A DNA stretch of 63,574 nucleotides, filler included, from Octopus bimaculoides (taxonomy: Eukaryota): the NCBI RefSeq assembly GCF_001194135.2. It is 4 parts of 4 records of this genome, joined end to end, with 100 filler letters (N's around TTAATTAATTAA, not from the genome) between each part and the next. Parts side by side here need not be neighbours in the genome. Positions count along the whole stretch, not along the records: positions 36,420 to 63,574 come from NC_068982.1; 3 more parts are not named here. One strand, given 5' to 3'. Shown one piece after another: positions 50,881-62,879 of this stretch. Position 1 is the stretch's first letter, and each line of letters begins with the position of its first letter. A model generated the notes under the pieces. That model did not search any database and was not told the DNA's origin. It saw only the letters and a program-made list of their open reading frames with translations. The position numbers and the translations under genes are program-made.

Positions 50881-52164
50881 TTTGCACTATTCTTGACTTT
50901 TTCCCTGATTCTTTCGTCTTCGTCCATCGTCTTAAATTACATTTCGCTATCGTATGTTCACTTTGTATTGTTTTGTTTACTCTCGCCCCTACATTCTCCG
51001 CAACTTTCACCTAGATATACTGCTGACTATGAATTACTATAATATGTACATCATTAAACATAAAAGTAAAAATAAAAAGATGTTATTGATACAAAAAAGC
51101 TAGTCTAAATACTGGCTTGTCCATCGTAAATATAAATTCTTCTCAATACCCTGCCTGTGAAGAACAGCACATCTAGCCGTCTCTGAACCCTTGTGGCAAC
51201 AAATCAATTTGGTTATGAGAAGTTGGTGCTAAAGAACGGATCAATCTTTTTTATTTTTATCTTTGGATAAAAGAACGCTGTGAGTCGAACCCCAGGAACA
51301 TCATTACACCACAACGTGATCCAACAGAGAGCGAGTGAGCAAGGGAGATAGAGAAAGAGAGAGAATGTGTGACTAATATTTTTGACTAATACTTCATCGA
51401 ATTAGTATGTATGGAAACCAAAGTTGATCATAGTGAGGTTTGAAACCACAACACAAACACTGGAATAATAACTCAGCTCGAGTTTCTAACGATTCAAGCA
51501 ATTTTCCGCATCCTGCAATTGGCAAGAAATACATCTATGACATTTGTGTGTACATTCTCAGATTTTAGTGGTTTTTGTACGAGAGAAATTGATGCAGCAT
51601 TGCGTGATAGAACATGTCTTCCATAAATTCTCTACACAATAGAATGTATAATTGTTTTCAATTATTCTTTTCTTTTATTTTACTGCTTTCGGATGTAAAA
51701 TACGGATATGCTGGAGCAATGCCGTTGAGTGTTTTGATCGATGATATCGATTCCATTATTTCGCGGGGCAATTAAATCATCGATCTAGTAAGATACCCAC
51801 TTCAATTTTGACATACGTGGCTTAAGGTGAGATAACTCTGTGGGAAAAAGTGGCATTTTTTTAATTTCTGCTCGGAATTTTTCACCCCTTACAAAAGTAA
51901 CCAGCTACTCTAACACGCGCACGCACGCACGCACACACACACACATGCGTACGCATGCAAANNNNNNNNNNCGCACGCACGCACACACACACACATGCGT
52001 ACGCATGCAAATAAACACAGAATAAAACAAATGTGTATATGAGTTGCCAATGTCAAAGGTAGAATATGTAGCTGGTCACCTATATCCAGAACTAACTGGA
52101 ACACCGAGTTACAACCGATACGGATTTATGAAATTGGATTCAGGTGTCAAGAAAGTTATTTACA

Positions 52165-52500
52165 GATATGGTCGTGTGGTAAGAAGTTTGCTTTCCACTC
52201 CCATAGTTTCCAGTGCAGAACCCCTGCTAGGCAACTTCGGCAAGGACTCGTGAGTAAACTAAAATAAGCCTGCCGTACCGTATATATATGTATATAGCTA
52301 TGTATGTGTTCCTTCCTCACTACCGCTTAACAACCGATGCTACGTTGTTCATGTCCATGCAACGTTCGGAAAAAGAGAATGTTAGAATAAGTATCAGGCT
52401 TTAAAATAACAAAAGTACTGGAGTCGATTTGTTCGACTTAACCATTCATGGTGGTGCCCCAAAATGGCCGTAGTCCAATGACTGAAACAAGTAAGTAACA
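52165..52500 (+). mobile_element. Diverged SINE family B
   Basis: gtggtaagaagtttgcttt...; tail ggtgccccaaaatggccgtagtccaatgactgaaacaagtaag. Confidence 0.75.
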
Positions 52501-53362
52501 AATTATANNNNNNNNNNNNNNNNNNNNNNNNNNNNNNNNNNNNNNNNNNNNNNNNNNNNNNNNNNNNNNNNNNNNNNNNNNNNNNNNNNNNNNNNNNNNN
52601 NNNNNNNNNNNNNNNNNNNNNNNNNNNNNNNNNNNNNNNNNNNNNNNNNNNNNNNNNNNNNNNNNNNNNNNNNNNNNNNNNNNNNNNNNNNNNNNNNNNN
52701 NNNNNNNNNNNNNNNNNNNNNNNNNNNNNNNNNNNNNNNNNNNNNNNNNNNNNNNNNNNNNNNNNNNNNNNNNNNNNNNNNNNNNNNNNNNNNNNNNNNN
52801 NNNNNNNNNNNNNNNNNNNNNNNNNNNNNNNNNNNNNNNNNNNNNNNNNNNNNNNNNNNNNNNNNNNNNNNNNNNNNNNNNNNNNNNNNNNNNNNNNNNN
52901 NNNNNNNNNNNNNNNNNNNNNNNNNNNNNNNNNNNNNNNNNNNNNNNNNNNNNNNNNNNNNNNNNNNNNNNNNNNNNNNNNNNNNNNNNNNNNNNNNNNN
53001 NNNNNNNNNNNNNNNNNNNNNNNNNNNNNNNNNNNNNNNNNNNNNNNNNNNNNNNNNNNNNNNNNNNNNNNNNNNNNNNNNNNNNNNNNNNNNNNNNNNN
53101 NNNNNNNNNNNNNNNNNNNNNNNNNNNNNNNNNNNNNNNNNNNNNNNNNNNNNNNNNNNNNNNNNNNNNNNNNNNNNNNNNNNNNNNNNNNNNNNNNNNN
53201 NNNNNNNNNNNNNNNNNNNNNNNNNNNNNNNNNNNNNNNNNNNNNNNNNNNNNNNNNNNNNNNNNNNNNNNNNNNNNNNNNNNNNNNNNNNNNNNNNNNN
53301 NNNNNNNNNNNNNNNNNNNNNNNNNNNNNNNNNNNNNNNNNATATATACAAAAATATGAGTA

Positions 53363-53650
53363 TATATATATAGGGCAGTGGACTCGCGGTCGGAGGATTG
53401 CGGTTTCGATTCCCAGACCGGGCGTTGTGTGTGTTTATTGAGCGAGAACACCTCAAAGCTCCATGAGGCTGTAGAAGTCGGGGGGTGCCCGCTGTTGTTC
53501 TCTTTCGCCGCAAATTTCTCTAACTCTTTCTTCTTTTTCTTGAGTAACGCTGCGATATACTGGCGTCCCGTCCAACTGGGGGGAAAACATACGCCATAGA
53601 AACCGGGAAAGCGGGCCCATGAGCCTGGCTAGGCTTTAAAAGGGCGCATA
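53363..53650 (+). mobile_element. SINE with family C head and a different body
   Basis: Head tagggcagtggactcgcggtc...ggtttcgattcccagaccgggcgttg matches family C; body ctgcgatatactggcgtcccgtcca...agaaaccggg resembles a conserved metazoan SINE central domain (superfamily not assignable by eye). Confidence 0.75.
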
Positions 53651-53719
53651 AAGTATATCTAGAGATGGCAAATCATGCTCCAGTTCGGATATCCAGTGCT
53701 GTGGAACCAGTTTTCTTTT

Positions 53720-54090
53720 TACATGTTTTACATTTGAGGGTATTTGTCCTCATCTGTTTTGTTGTTAACACATCGTTTCGGCTTATATACCCTCCAGCCT
53801 TCATTAGGCTTTCTGGGGAAATTTCGAACATCGGTTCTCATTCCGAAGGTATTTTTCGATATTGTAATCATTATTATTATTATTATTATTACTATTATTA
53901 TTCAGGTCACTGCTTGGAATCGAACTCGGAATCTTGTGGTTAGTAGCCCACACTCTTAACCACTACATATATCTATAACAAAGTCTATGTTGTGTTAACA
54001 ACAAACAAGATGTGGACAAATATCCGTCAAATGTAAATAATGTAAATAATGCAAATAATTTACATAATTCCTCATCTCTTAAATATAGAA
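53720..54090 (-). mobile_element. Composite element: tRNA-derived head + (AAT)n + hammerhead-like motif + tail, with an inverted tail copy at its 5' end (family H2)
   Basis: Minus strand 53966-53903 has A/B boxes (gtagtggttaagag...gagttcgattcc); 53807-53767 reads CTAATGA-A-GGCT..AGCC-GAAAC-GAT-GTGTT; the tail 53772-53727 recurs inverted at 53992-54037. Confidence 0.65.
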
Positions 54091-54875
54091 CAATTTTCCT
54101 TTTATTTAAAAAAAAAAGATCAGAGTGTGTTTTGATTCAGATTTAGCTGATTTATCTAATAGTTGGTATATTTCTCGAAGAGACATGAGAATTTGTGTTG
54201 ACTTTCTGAAATGGCATTTATTCTTGCTTGTTTTAACTTCTGAAATTTAAGTAAGCTTTTGATCAAAATAGTTCCAAGATTTTACTTTCTTATATTTTTC
54301 ACATATATCGCCAACAAGGTATCTGCTTTACACTTCGTTTTTGATTTTCAGTGGGTTAACCAGAGGAGAAAGAGCCGCCAGTATGTCTTTTTTCCGAATC
54401 TTCGGAAGAGAAAGTTATCCTCAGTCCGAAGATATGAACCGAAACCTTTCAACAGAATTGACTTCACTAAATATAGCTGACATCAAGTCGATGGCGATAA
54501 ACCAGGTGACTAATAAGTGTACAAACTCTGATGTCAATGTCGCCGAAAAAATTTCATCATTTTTTTTTTTTTTCAGAATAAGAATATGAAAGAAGAAAAT
54601 CATATTGGTTTCTTTGAACTTCCACAAAGCACGATTTTGATTGAAAATATATTTTAATATTGGGGCAGTACAAAAAAATTGCTTTGGAATTAAATCATTT
54701 CTCACAAGATTTAAAAGAATAATCATAACAGTATTTTACTCAGAAACACAGATGTGTGTGTGTGTGTGTGTCTGTGTGTGTGTGTGTCCCCACACTCATG
54801 CATTTATATANNNNNNNNNNNNNNNNNNNNNNNNNNNNNNNNNNNNNNNNNNNNNNNNNNNNNNNNNNNNNNNNN

Positions 54876-54911
<36 letters not shown>

Positions 54912-55654
54912 TCATGCATTTATATTTATGCACACACACATACATATATTTGTATTGAAAAATTGCGAAAGCATTGCAGGTGTTTATTCCTGAAGAAATA
55001 TAAAACATAATACTTCGCTTCTATAATTTCATTTTCATACGATACCCGTCAATATTATACGACCTCATACTCCATCTCAAATATTGTGTCGATTTCATAC
55101 GGTAAAATATCTATTCAGCGTAGAGACTAAAGAAATAGTATCAGGGATTAATAACTAATTGATTTGGCGTTGTTATAATTACTTTCATCGTCGAGTAGTA
55201 ACGTTAATTTTCAAGAGAAATGGAAGGATAGAATCGATGTCATTCAAACTATGTATAAATGAACTAAATCTGCTTCAAAATCACTCTCTAAATTTTTAAA
55301 ATGAAGGAGTCATTCAACATTATTATCCTTTAAAAACAAAGACCAGATAACTTTATTGCAACCACTTCGAAGCATATCAGTTGGATAATTGCATACCGAA
55401 AGGTAAACGACAGAGGCAACATTTAAAATGTTTTCATTTACTGAAGGCTATTGTGTATTTGCAAAATTATAAAACCAATGAATCATGTCCGCGGGAGTTC
55501 CATGATCGCTGTAATAATTAAAATAATACTAATCATGGATTAATAATGGTTTATTATTTTCTTTCATCCACACTTAATTATTTCTAATTAGTTTATTAAT
55601 GATCCCTATTTTACATACATATGCACAGACCTATACACACGCACACATACACTC

Positions 55655-55691
<37 letters not shown>

Positions 55692-56139
55692 TATATGTAT
55701 ATATAGTCCATCCAGTAAGAATAATATCCTTTTAATGTTGCACGGTATAAACATACGAGCTACAAATAATGTCTTACTGTGAATTCGTGTGTGCAGGCAG
55801 GTTTTATAACAGGTGTTGTGCCTTCAAGCAATCTTCGGACTGTCTCTGAGCACATGGTCTGTTCTACTTGAATATTAGGGCCATGAGAATACCACGAGAA
55901 ATAAAATGAGAAGAGGGTTGTAGCAAAAAGTAGAACGTGAATAACATCGGAAAAAGAAAAAGAAAATTAATGTTAAGCCCCCTTCGACGTTAGAAGTCAT
56001 AAATAAACTAGTTGTAGATAATTTGAACGGGGAGTACTCCAAAACCTACGTGACATCTACGGAGAGGGTCTTGACATCCAGTTCTCCAAAAGTAATTTGT
56101 CCATATTCTTGTATTTGTTGCAAAGTTTCGGGTCTGGAA

Positions 56140-56330
56140 TTAACTAGTGCTGTTGAATTCTTAGATCTAAATAGAGTATGCATTATTCTAGCTATACATA
56201 AGTTGCATCTCTTAGATCCATTTACATATGGCATATATTTCTCTACGATTCTCCACTTGATTGTATGTGGTGTGCTGTTGGTCTTCATCTCCATACGTCG
56301 CTAGCCAACTTATTGGCTTTACATTTGTCG
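56140..56330 (-). mobile_element. Penelope-like element C-terminal (post GIY-YIG) fragment
   Basis: LASDVW(E)MKTNSTPHTIKWRIVEKYMPYVNGSKRCNLC...LVNSRPE matches the PLE motif IW.LK......IKW.I....PY..GSK.CNLC...LN.R.E. Confidence 0.8.
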
Positions 56331-57867
56331 ATGTGCCGGAATGAGTGAATGAACAATGCATATTTTATTCACTATATCCTGGACTGACGAATGCAAAGTT
56401 GACATAAACTGGTTTTGAACTCAGAACGAAGGAGTATGATTCTAAATGAAGCAGTTAATTACCCTGCCGCTCTATAGTTTCCATGTTGATGCTATAATAG
56501 CCTTCTTAATCATAAGCAATAGCTCTTTCGATCGTCAGTGGGCCGTTCGATTGCCATTCAATGCTGCAGCATTGTAGAGGATAGAAAGCGTTAAGCAGCC
56601 TGATGAAGCTCATTGTTTGTCGAGATCTTGATTATATCTGGAGATTGTTTCATTCGGGAAAAAGTAACGTGGAATTATTTCATCTGGAACAACGAGAACT
56701 TTAACTTCAAGAAGATCAATAATAGAGCATCTATTCGGTCAATCGGCCCGTTAGAAATAACAGCCAGTTCTCTCATAATGCAGCTTATTATCTAAATAAA
56801 GGAGAAGTTTTAATTAATACGCAATATCAGAAAAATAAATTGCAATATACTGAAAATACTGAAATATTTTTGATGACAGATATAGTTAATCAGGTTTGAC
56901 CTAATGTTTAACAACTAAAGCTTGCTTCAGTTTGAAACATCGATGTACGCTTTACACAGTGGATTATACACGTACTCACATACGTGTATCACAAATATAT
57001 ATATGCATATGTGTGATATATAAATGTGTACACGTATATAGGTGTGTGAACGTATGTATGTGTTATAACAAGCTGGAAGTTAAGTTGAAGTTTCAGCGGA
57101 AGTAACTTCTCAAACTACAATTCAAAAGCTGTTGTTAGAACAAGTATGTTAAGGTTACACGTATAGGAGAGGCACAGTGTTGGCTGACGTAAGAAAAACT
57201 AGAAAAAGAGTCGAAGCAATTTGAAAAACTGAAAACCAAACTGTACAGTATTCTGTCTAACGTTTAAACTGCTGAACAAAAATGGAAGACAGAAGTGTTA
57301 GAATGTTGACCAGCTTAATAAAATTACCCCGAGAATGTTATTCAAAATTACTGTATGTGTTAGAGATTAAGACGTATAATTATGCACCATTGGTGGTGTT
57401 GAAATATAATTAAATATTAGACGTTAACACCCTCGATCGTATTTCTTTATGCCATACATTACATTCTGACCATATTTATTAAATTTTGCCGTTCCAGATC
57501 TCTTAGCCCTTCATATTCAAATCAATAATTATCCACACATATGTCTTCTGCTTCAAGATCTATATCTATCTTTCGAATTATAGTTAGACAAGACACCTCC
57601 AGTGAATCATAGAAATAATGTTTTCTTATGATAAATATTGAGTTTCATATTTAGTTTACGTATGTGTTTATATATTTAAGGACCTAAGTGTACTTCTATG
57701 TGTGAATATGTGTGTATTCCGAGATTAACGGCTGAAAATACTCTTATTTTTAAAAGAATTGTTCACCTCTTTCGACGTTTTAGAAAATGCAGCTAAATCA
57801 CCTTTTCAAAATACTCAACGGTGTACACGTACAGAAGAATATATTCGAAAATGTCTTCCTTGATAAA

Positions 57868-57929
57868 CTATGGAAAATATAATCGTCTCAGAAATTCTTC
57901 TTTCATAGTTCTAACTGATAAAGGATGAT
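57868..57929 (-). CDS. Candidate last coding exon of an unidentified minus-strand gene ((D)HPLSVRTMKEEFLRRLYFP*)
   Basis: Acceptor cattattgtttaattgcag|, phase-compatible with the exon at 58114-58057 across a 127-nt GTAAGT..CAG intron; TAG at 57870-57868; AATAAA at 57480-57475. Confidence 0.5.
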
Positions 57930-58056
57930 CTGCAATTAAACAATAATGTCACGACTAGCAACATCTATGCATACCTTGAGTCAATGAATTAGGAATCATG
58001 TATACGATATCTCGACTTAGAAGAAAAAGCGGTGAAATGTTTTTCAGATCACTTAC

Positions 58057-58114
58057 CGCCTCGATAGGGGATTAACACATTGGTTAGTGCAATCCTAGAA
58101 ACGCCATGTCTGAA
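58057..58114 (-). CDS. Candidate 58-nt internal exon (FRHGVSRIALTNVLIPYRG)
   Basis: Acceptor after a long T run plus cag|, consensus donor G|gtaagt, only one open frame. Confidence 0.55.
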
Positions 58115-59133
58115 CTGAAAAAAAAAAAAAAACCAATGCGGCAATCGAGAATAAAATGTATGTTATTCTATGTTTGTACCTTTACAATTACGTAGGATAT
58201 ATATACACAATAAAAGTGGGACCAACAACAACAACAACAACAATGAAAACAGCATTCAAACCTGGATAGATACATACACACTTTATAGATGCATGCATGC
58301 GTACATGCATGCAACCATGCATACAATTCTGTACTATTATAATCTTCGTCTTAAGAGTTTGAATCCATTTCAGTAGGGAACTAATTTAAATACACAAACT
58401 AATATATTCATATGTGCTTGATGTTATTCTAAGATCTATGGCAAGAATCTGCTTATAGTTTTATTTTTGTTTTCATCTTACGCATTTCTGTTGCATCTGT
58501 TTTGATTATCATAATGGCATGTTTTATGTAATTCTTGATATTATTATACGACTGTAGCCCGGAGCTGTAGTCGTGTATGTTCAAAAGGAAACAACAAGAT
58601 AGATGATGAATGGAGAACGAAATAGAGAGAGAAGAGAAAGGCAGTAGAGAATATGTATAAATACATACGTATGTGTGTGTGTGTGTGTGTGTGTGTACAT
58701 GACTTTTGTGTAAATATGTATAGGTGTGCTTATGTACGTGTCTTTACATATATGTGCGTGGGTGTGGATCTGTATATGTGAAATATTCACGAGGTTTAAA
58801 TATTAGGAGATAGGAAAAGGAAAACAAAGCCATTGACAGACATTGATGATAAGAATGCTTCCAAGCGTGCGAGTTTTTGTATCTGCATGCATACATGGGC
58901 GTGTTTATCTACATATGTATGTATGTAAGTGAGTGTGTATCGCTCTCTCTGTGTCTTTCTCTATTCCTATATATACATATATATAAGATTTAAAGCAAAA
59001 TTTGCTAAGACAAATAATGCAAAGTGGCCAGTGGCATGTATATGAACAACACAGACAAATACAGGTATATCAAAGAGACAGATACACGTGTCTAGAACTC
59101 TCTTCAATTCTCAGACAATAGGCTTTTCCTTAC

Positions 59134-59197
59134 CGTCCATAGCACTTCAACTTTGGAGAATTCTTCATTTATGAGATCATAATATCATATCTCTTTT
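59134..59197 (-). CDS. Candidate 64-nt exon with in-frame TGA (KEI*YYDLINEEFSKVEVLWT)
   Basis: Donor G|gtaagg in phase 0 fits the 58114 exon; acceptor ctccatcag|; TGA at 59187-59185. Confidence 0.3.
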
Positions 59198-59289
59198 CTG
59201 ATGGAGCTATGGAGCTGGTTTCAATTGTCGTATCATAATACCATATCTCTTCTCACATGGAACTATGGAGCTAGTTTCAATTGTCGTAT
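59176..59289. repeat. 56-bp tandem duplication
   Basis: atcataatatcatatctc...ttcaattgtcgt is repeated at 59176-59231 and 59232-59287. Confidence 0.9.
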
Positions 59290-59372
59290 GCTGTGTAGTA
59301 GTTTATACACCTGCATGTACGAGTGTGTGTATGTGTATTCATATAATAAGGTGAGAAACACAGATAGATAAG

Positions 59373-59440
<68 letters not shown>

Positions 59441-59644
59441 ATAAGGCCCGTCATGAAGCACAAGTGGGAGCTGCCCAGCAGAATATATTTTCCAAACCAG
59501 GGAGTTCAATATGCCTACGTGCACCTGTTTCTTTGTGTGTATGTGAATGTACGTATATGTATGTAGTGCGTGGTTTCGCATGTATGTGTTTGTGTATGGA
59601 CATTATTTTTCTGCAATGTGTTCTGTTTGTGACTAAGTATATGT

Positions 59645-59898
59645 GCAAGATGCATTCCAGAAGTTTACAGGCATTTTCAGGACAGTCATTTTATTAATTT
59701 CAAAGAAGTACAGAACTCTAGTGTCCAATGTAGGATTCTCTGACTTCAGAGAAGACCCAATGGAATTCCACAAAAGTGAAATTGTCCAGGATCTTTATCA
59801 CAGTTCCTTTCATCTTCAAACTGACTTTCCCTGTGGGTTTCATTCAATTTAGTAAACCAACAAATCTCACAGGGAGCAAGGTCAGGAGTGCAGGGTGA
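59645..59898 (-). mobile_element. Mariner transposase C-terminal relic plus decayed right end
   Basis: SPCTPDLAPCEICWFTKLNETHRESQFED corresponds to the mariner YSPDLAP.D..LF..LK..L.G..F motif; continues frameshifted. Confidence 0.7.
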
Positions 59899-59963
59899 TA
59901 TATATATATGACGGGCTTCTTTCAGTTTCCCTCTGCCAAATCCACTCACAAGGCTTTAGTCCG

Positions 59964-59965
<2 letters not shown>
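59898..59965 (-). mobile_element. SINE family B fragment
   Basis: atatgacgggcttctttcagtttccctctgccaaatccactcacaaggcttt. Confidence 0.75.
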
Positions 59966-60003
<38 letters not shown>

Positions 60004-60667
60004 NNNNNNNNNNNNNNNNNNNNNNNNNNNNNNNNNNNNNNNNNNNNNNNNNNNNNNNNNNNNNNNNNNNNNNNNNNNNNNNNNNNNNNNNNNNNNNNNN
60101 NNNNNNNNNNNNNNNNNNNNNNNNNNNNNNNNNNNNNNNNNNNNNNNNNNNNNNNNNNNNNNNNNNNNNNNNNNNNNNNNNNNNTTCTACACTGAATACA
60201 TTGGCTGCACTTTGAGCATACATCTACATATATAGAGAGAAAGACCTGCATGTGTGTATTCCGCAAATGATTGTAAGCATATATATATGTGTATGTATAT
60301 GTATGCGTATATGTATGCCATATACGTAGGCATATATACATGTGTGTGGGGGGGGGGGATATACATACACTCACATTTTGTAGTCTGTCGTTCTCTTGAT
60401 CAGACTGACCCTACTGCATATTTTAATCGAAATCTATCAATTTATTTGGCAACCCTCTAAATGGCTAAACAGAAATAGAGCAGCCATTTGTAAGCAAACA
60501 AAACAAAGAAATATATGAGACACATATGTATCTCCGTGTATGTATGCATGTATGTATGTATGTATGCATGTATGTATATAAACATACATACAAGTAGACA
60601 AACATATTTTTATATAAACACATATTTACATATACATACACATTCACATACATAAATAAATATAGAT

Positions 60668-60746
<79 letters not shown>

Positions 60747-61224
60747 TAGGTAGATAAAAGTTATAAACTTTTCTAAAGCATAGTTCGTTAAATATTGAGA
60801 CGGAATCAAGTAATTTTTTTTCATGACCACGCGTTCATTGTCTGGTTCTGAAATATAGATATTCTGGTTTAAGCAAATATTTTCTTCTACAAGAAAAGAT
60901 ATAGATTTAATTGTCTCAGAATTTATTACAGCTTCTTCAGAATTCCATTCTTCATTTTCCTACCAATAGAAATAATGGAGGTGGATAACCGTTTATATTG
61001 CTTATAACTTTGGATGAAAGTAGTAGCAAAACATGACAAGTGTCGGTATGATTAATTTTAGACTCATTTATCATAATATACTGCTGTGCGTCAGTTAATT
61101 AATTCAAATTTCATTCTTCGCAGTAAAACAGCAGACATAGGAGCTTGCTTTCTGAACGTACAGTTTCGAGGTCTGAGCAGAACCTGTGCAATTTTATTTT
61201 TCCCCTTAGACACGGGCCCACCAA

Positions 61225-61271
61225 CGCCTTGTGAGTGGATTTGGTTGATGGAAAGGGAATGAAGCCCGTCG

Positions 61272-61272
<1 letters not shown>
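61225..61272 (+). mobile_element. SINE family B fragment
   Basis: gccttgtgagtggatttggttgatggaaagggaatgaagcccgtcgt. Confidence 0.7.
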
Positions 61273-61303
<31 letters not shown>

Positions 61304-62229
61304 ATTTTGCTTAAAAGAGTTCCAACACTGTCTGTTTTTTATGTTTTATTTATATTCCTGCAGAACTAATGTGGGGTATAGAATATGGAATATACAATAT
61401 ATAATATAATATACAATATATAATATAAAATAAAATAAAAATGGATGGCACCATGAAATAAAGTATTGAATGNNNNNNNNNNNNNNNNNNNNNNNNNNNN
61501 NNNNNNNNNNNNNNNNNNNNNNNNNNNNNNNNNNNNNNNNNNNNNNNNNNNNNNNNNNNNNNNNNNNNNNNNNNNNNNNNNNNNNNNNNNNNNNNNNNNN
61601 NNNNNNNNNNNNNNNNNNNNNNNNNNNNNNNNNNNNNNNNNNNNNNNNNNNNNNNNNNNNNNNNNNNNNNNNNNNNNNNNNNNNNNNNNNNNNNNNNNNN
61701 NNNNNNNNNNNNNNNNNNNNNNNNNNNNNNNNNNNNNNNNNNNNNNNNNNNNNNNNNNNNNNNNNNNNNNNNNNNNNNNNNNNNNNNNNNNNNNNNNNNN
61801 NNNNNNNNNNNNNNNNNNNNNNNNNNNNNNNNNNNNNNNNNNNNNNNNNNNNNNNNNNNNNNNNNNNNNNNNNNNNNNNNNNNNNNNNNNNNNNNNNNNN
61901 NNNNNNNNNNNNNNNNNNNNNNNNNNNNNNNNNNNNNNNNNNNNNNNNNNNNNNNNNNNNNNNNNNNNNNNNNNNNNNNNNNNNNNNNNNNNNNNNNNNN
62001 NNNNNNNNNNNNNNNNNNNNNNNTATATATATATATATATATGTGAGTGCGTGTGTATGTATAAATGTATGTTTACACAGTATATATGTATGTGTAATAT
62101 ATATACTGTTTAAAGTTGCATACATACACATAAATACACACACATATATGTATATATACACATGTCTGTATATGCATGTATTCAAATATATATATATATG
62201 TACAAATATGTATAAATATATATATACCG

Positions 62230-62418
62230 GAGTAAGCACATAAAATGTGCAACAAGGTGGAAAAAAGAGTACTCAAATACCAGAGGTAGAGTAATATGCT
62301 TTATTTAAAAGCAGCAGAAATATAACAAAAGAATGTTACTCTGAGTTTTGTCCTATGAACGCGAACGTGAAACTCAGAGTAAGAGTCTTTTGTTATATTT
62401 CTGCTGCTTTTAAATAAA
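62230..62418 (+). mobile_element. Foldback element with hammerhead-like motif in the loop (family H3)
   Basis: 49-bp inverted arms 62300-62348 / 62370-62418 (47/49); loop and right arm read TGT-CCTATGA-ACG(cgaa)CGT-GAA-ACTC-A-GAGT-A. Confidence 0.6.
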
Positions 62419-62483
62419 TATATATATATATACACACACATATGAATATATTTATATATATGTATATATATTTGAATGTATAT

Positions 62484-62630
62484 ATGGAGAATTCACGAAA
62501 AAACAACAGACGAAGACAGGTGGTTTAAACAACATATGGATGTATTAGTATAACGGTCGGGAATAAAGAAACTCTTTAACGTTTCGAGCCTACGCTTTTC
62601 AACAGAAAGGAACACAGAAAGAAACAAGGA
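62484..62630 (-). mobile_element. Second copy of family H1 short repeat
   Basis: Minus strand CCTTT-CTGTTGA-A-AAGC(gtag)GCTC-GAAAC-GTT-AAAGA at 62610-62573; the rest aligns with 14002-14148. Confidence 0.6.
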
Positions 62631-62879
62631 GAGAAAAAAGGGAGTGAAAAACATGTGTGTATGTATGTATGTATGTGTGAGTGGGTGTGCCTGTGTGTGT
62701 GCATGTGTGCGTGTGTGCGTGCGAATGATTAATATGCGGGTGCAGAGAATCGTGCAGCCATAATCCTATAGAGATCACATGATTGAAGAACAATATATTC
62801 ATCTCAAATAGCTCTTCACTTTATACGTATATATACGTGAAAAAATGGGTACGTGTTTGTTTGTGTATGTATGCGTGTA

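Noticed and set aside
53903-53966. Functional tRNA gene (likewise all SINE heads)
   Set aside because: No complete acceptor stem or cloverleaf; these are tRNA-derived promoter heads of repeats.
56597-56640. CTGATGA-A-GCTC as another hammerhead
   Set aside because: No downstream GAAA or GUH and no stem I partner.
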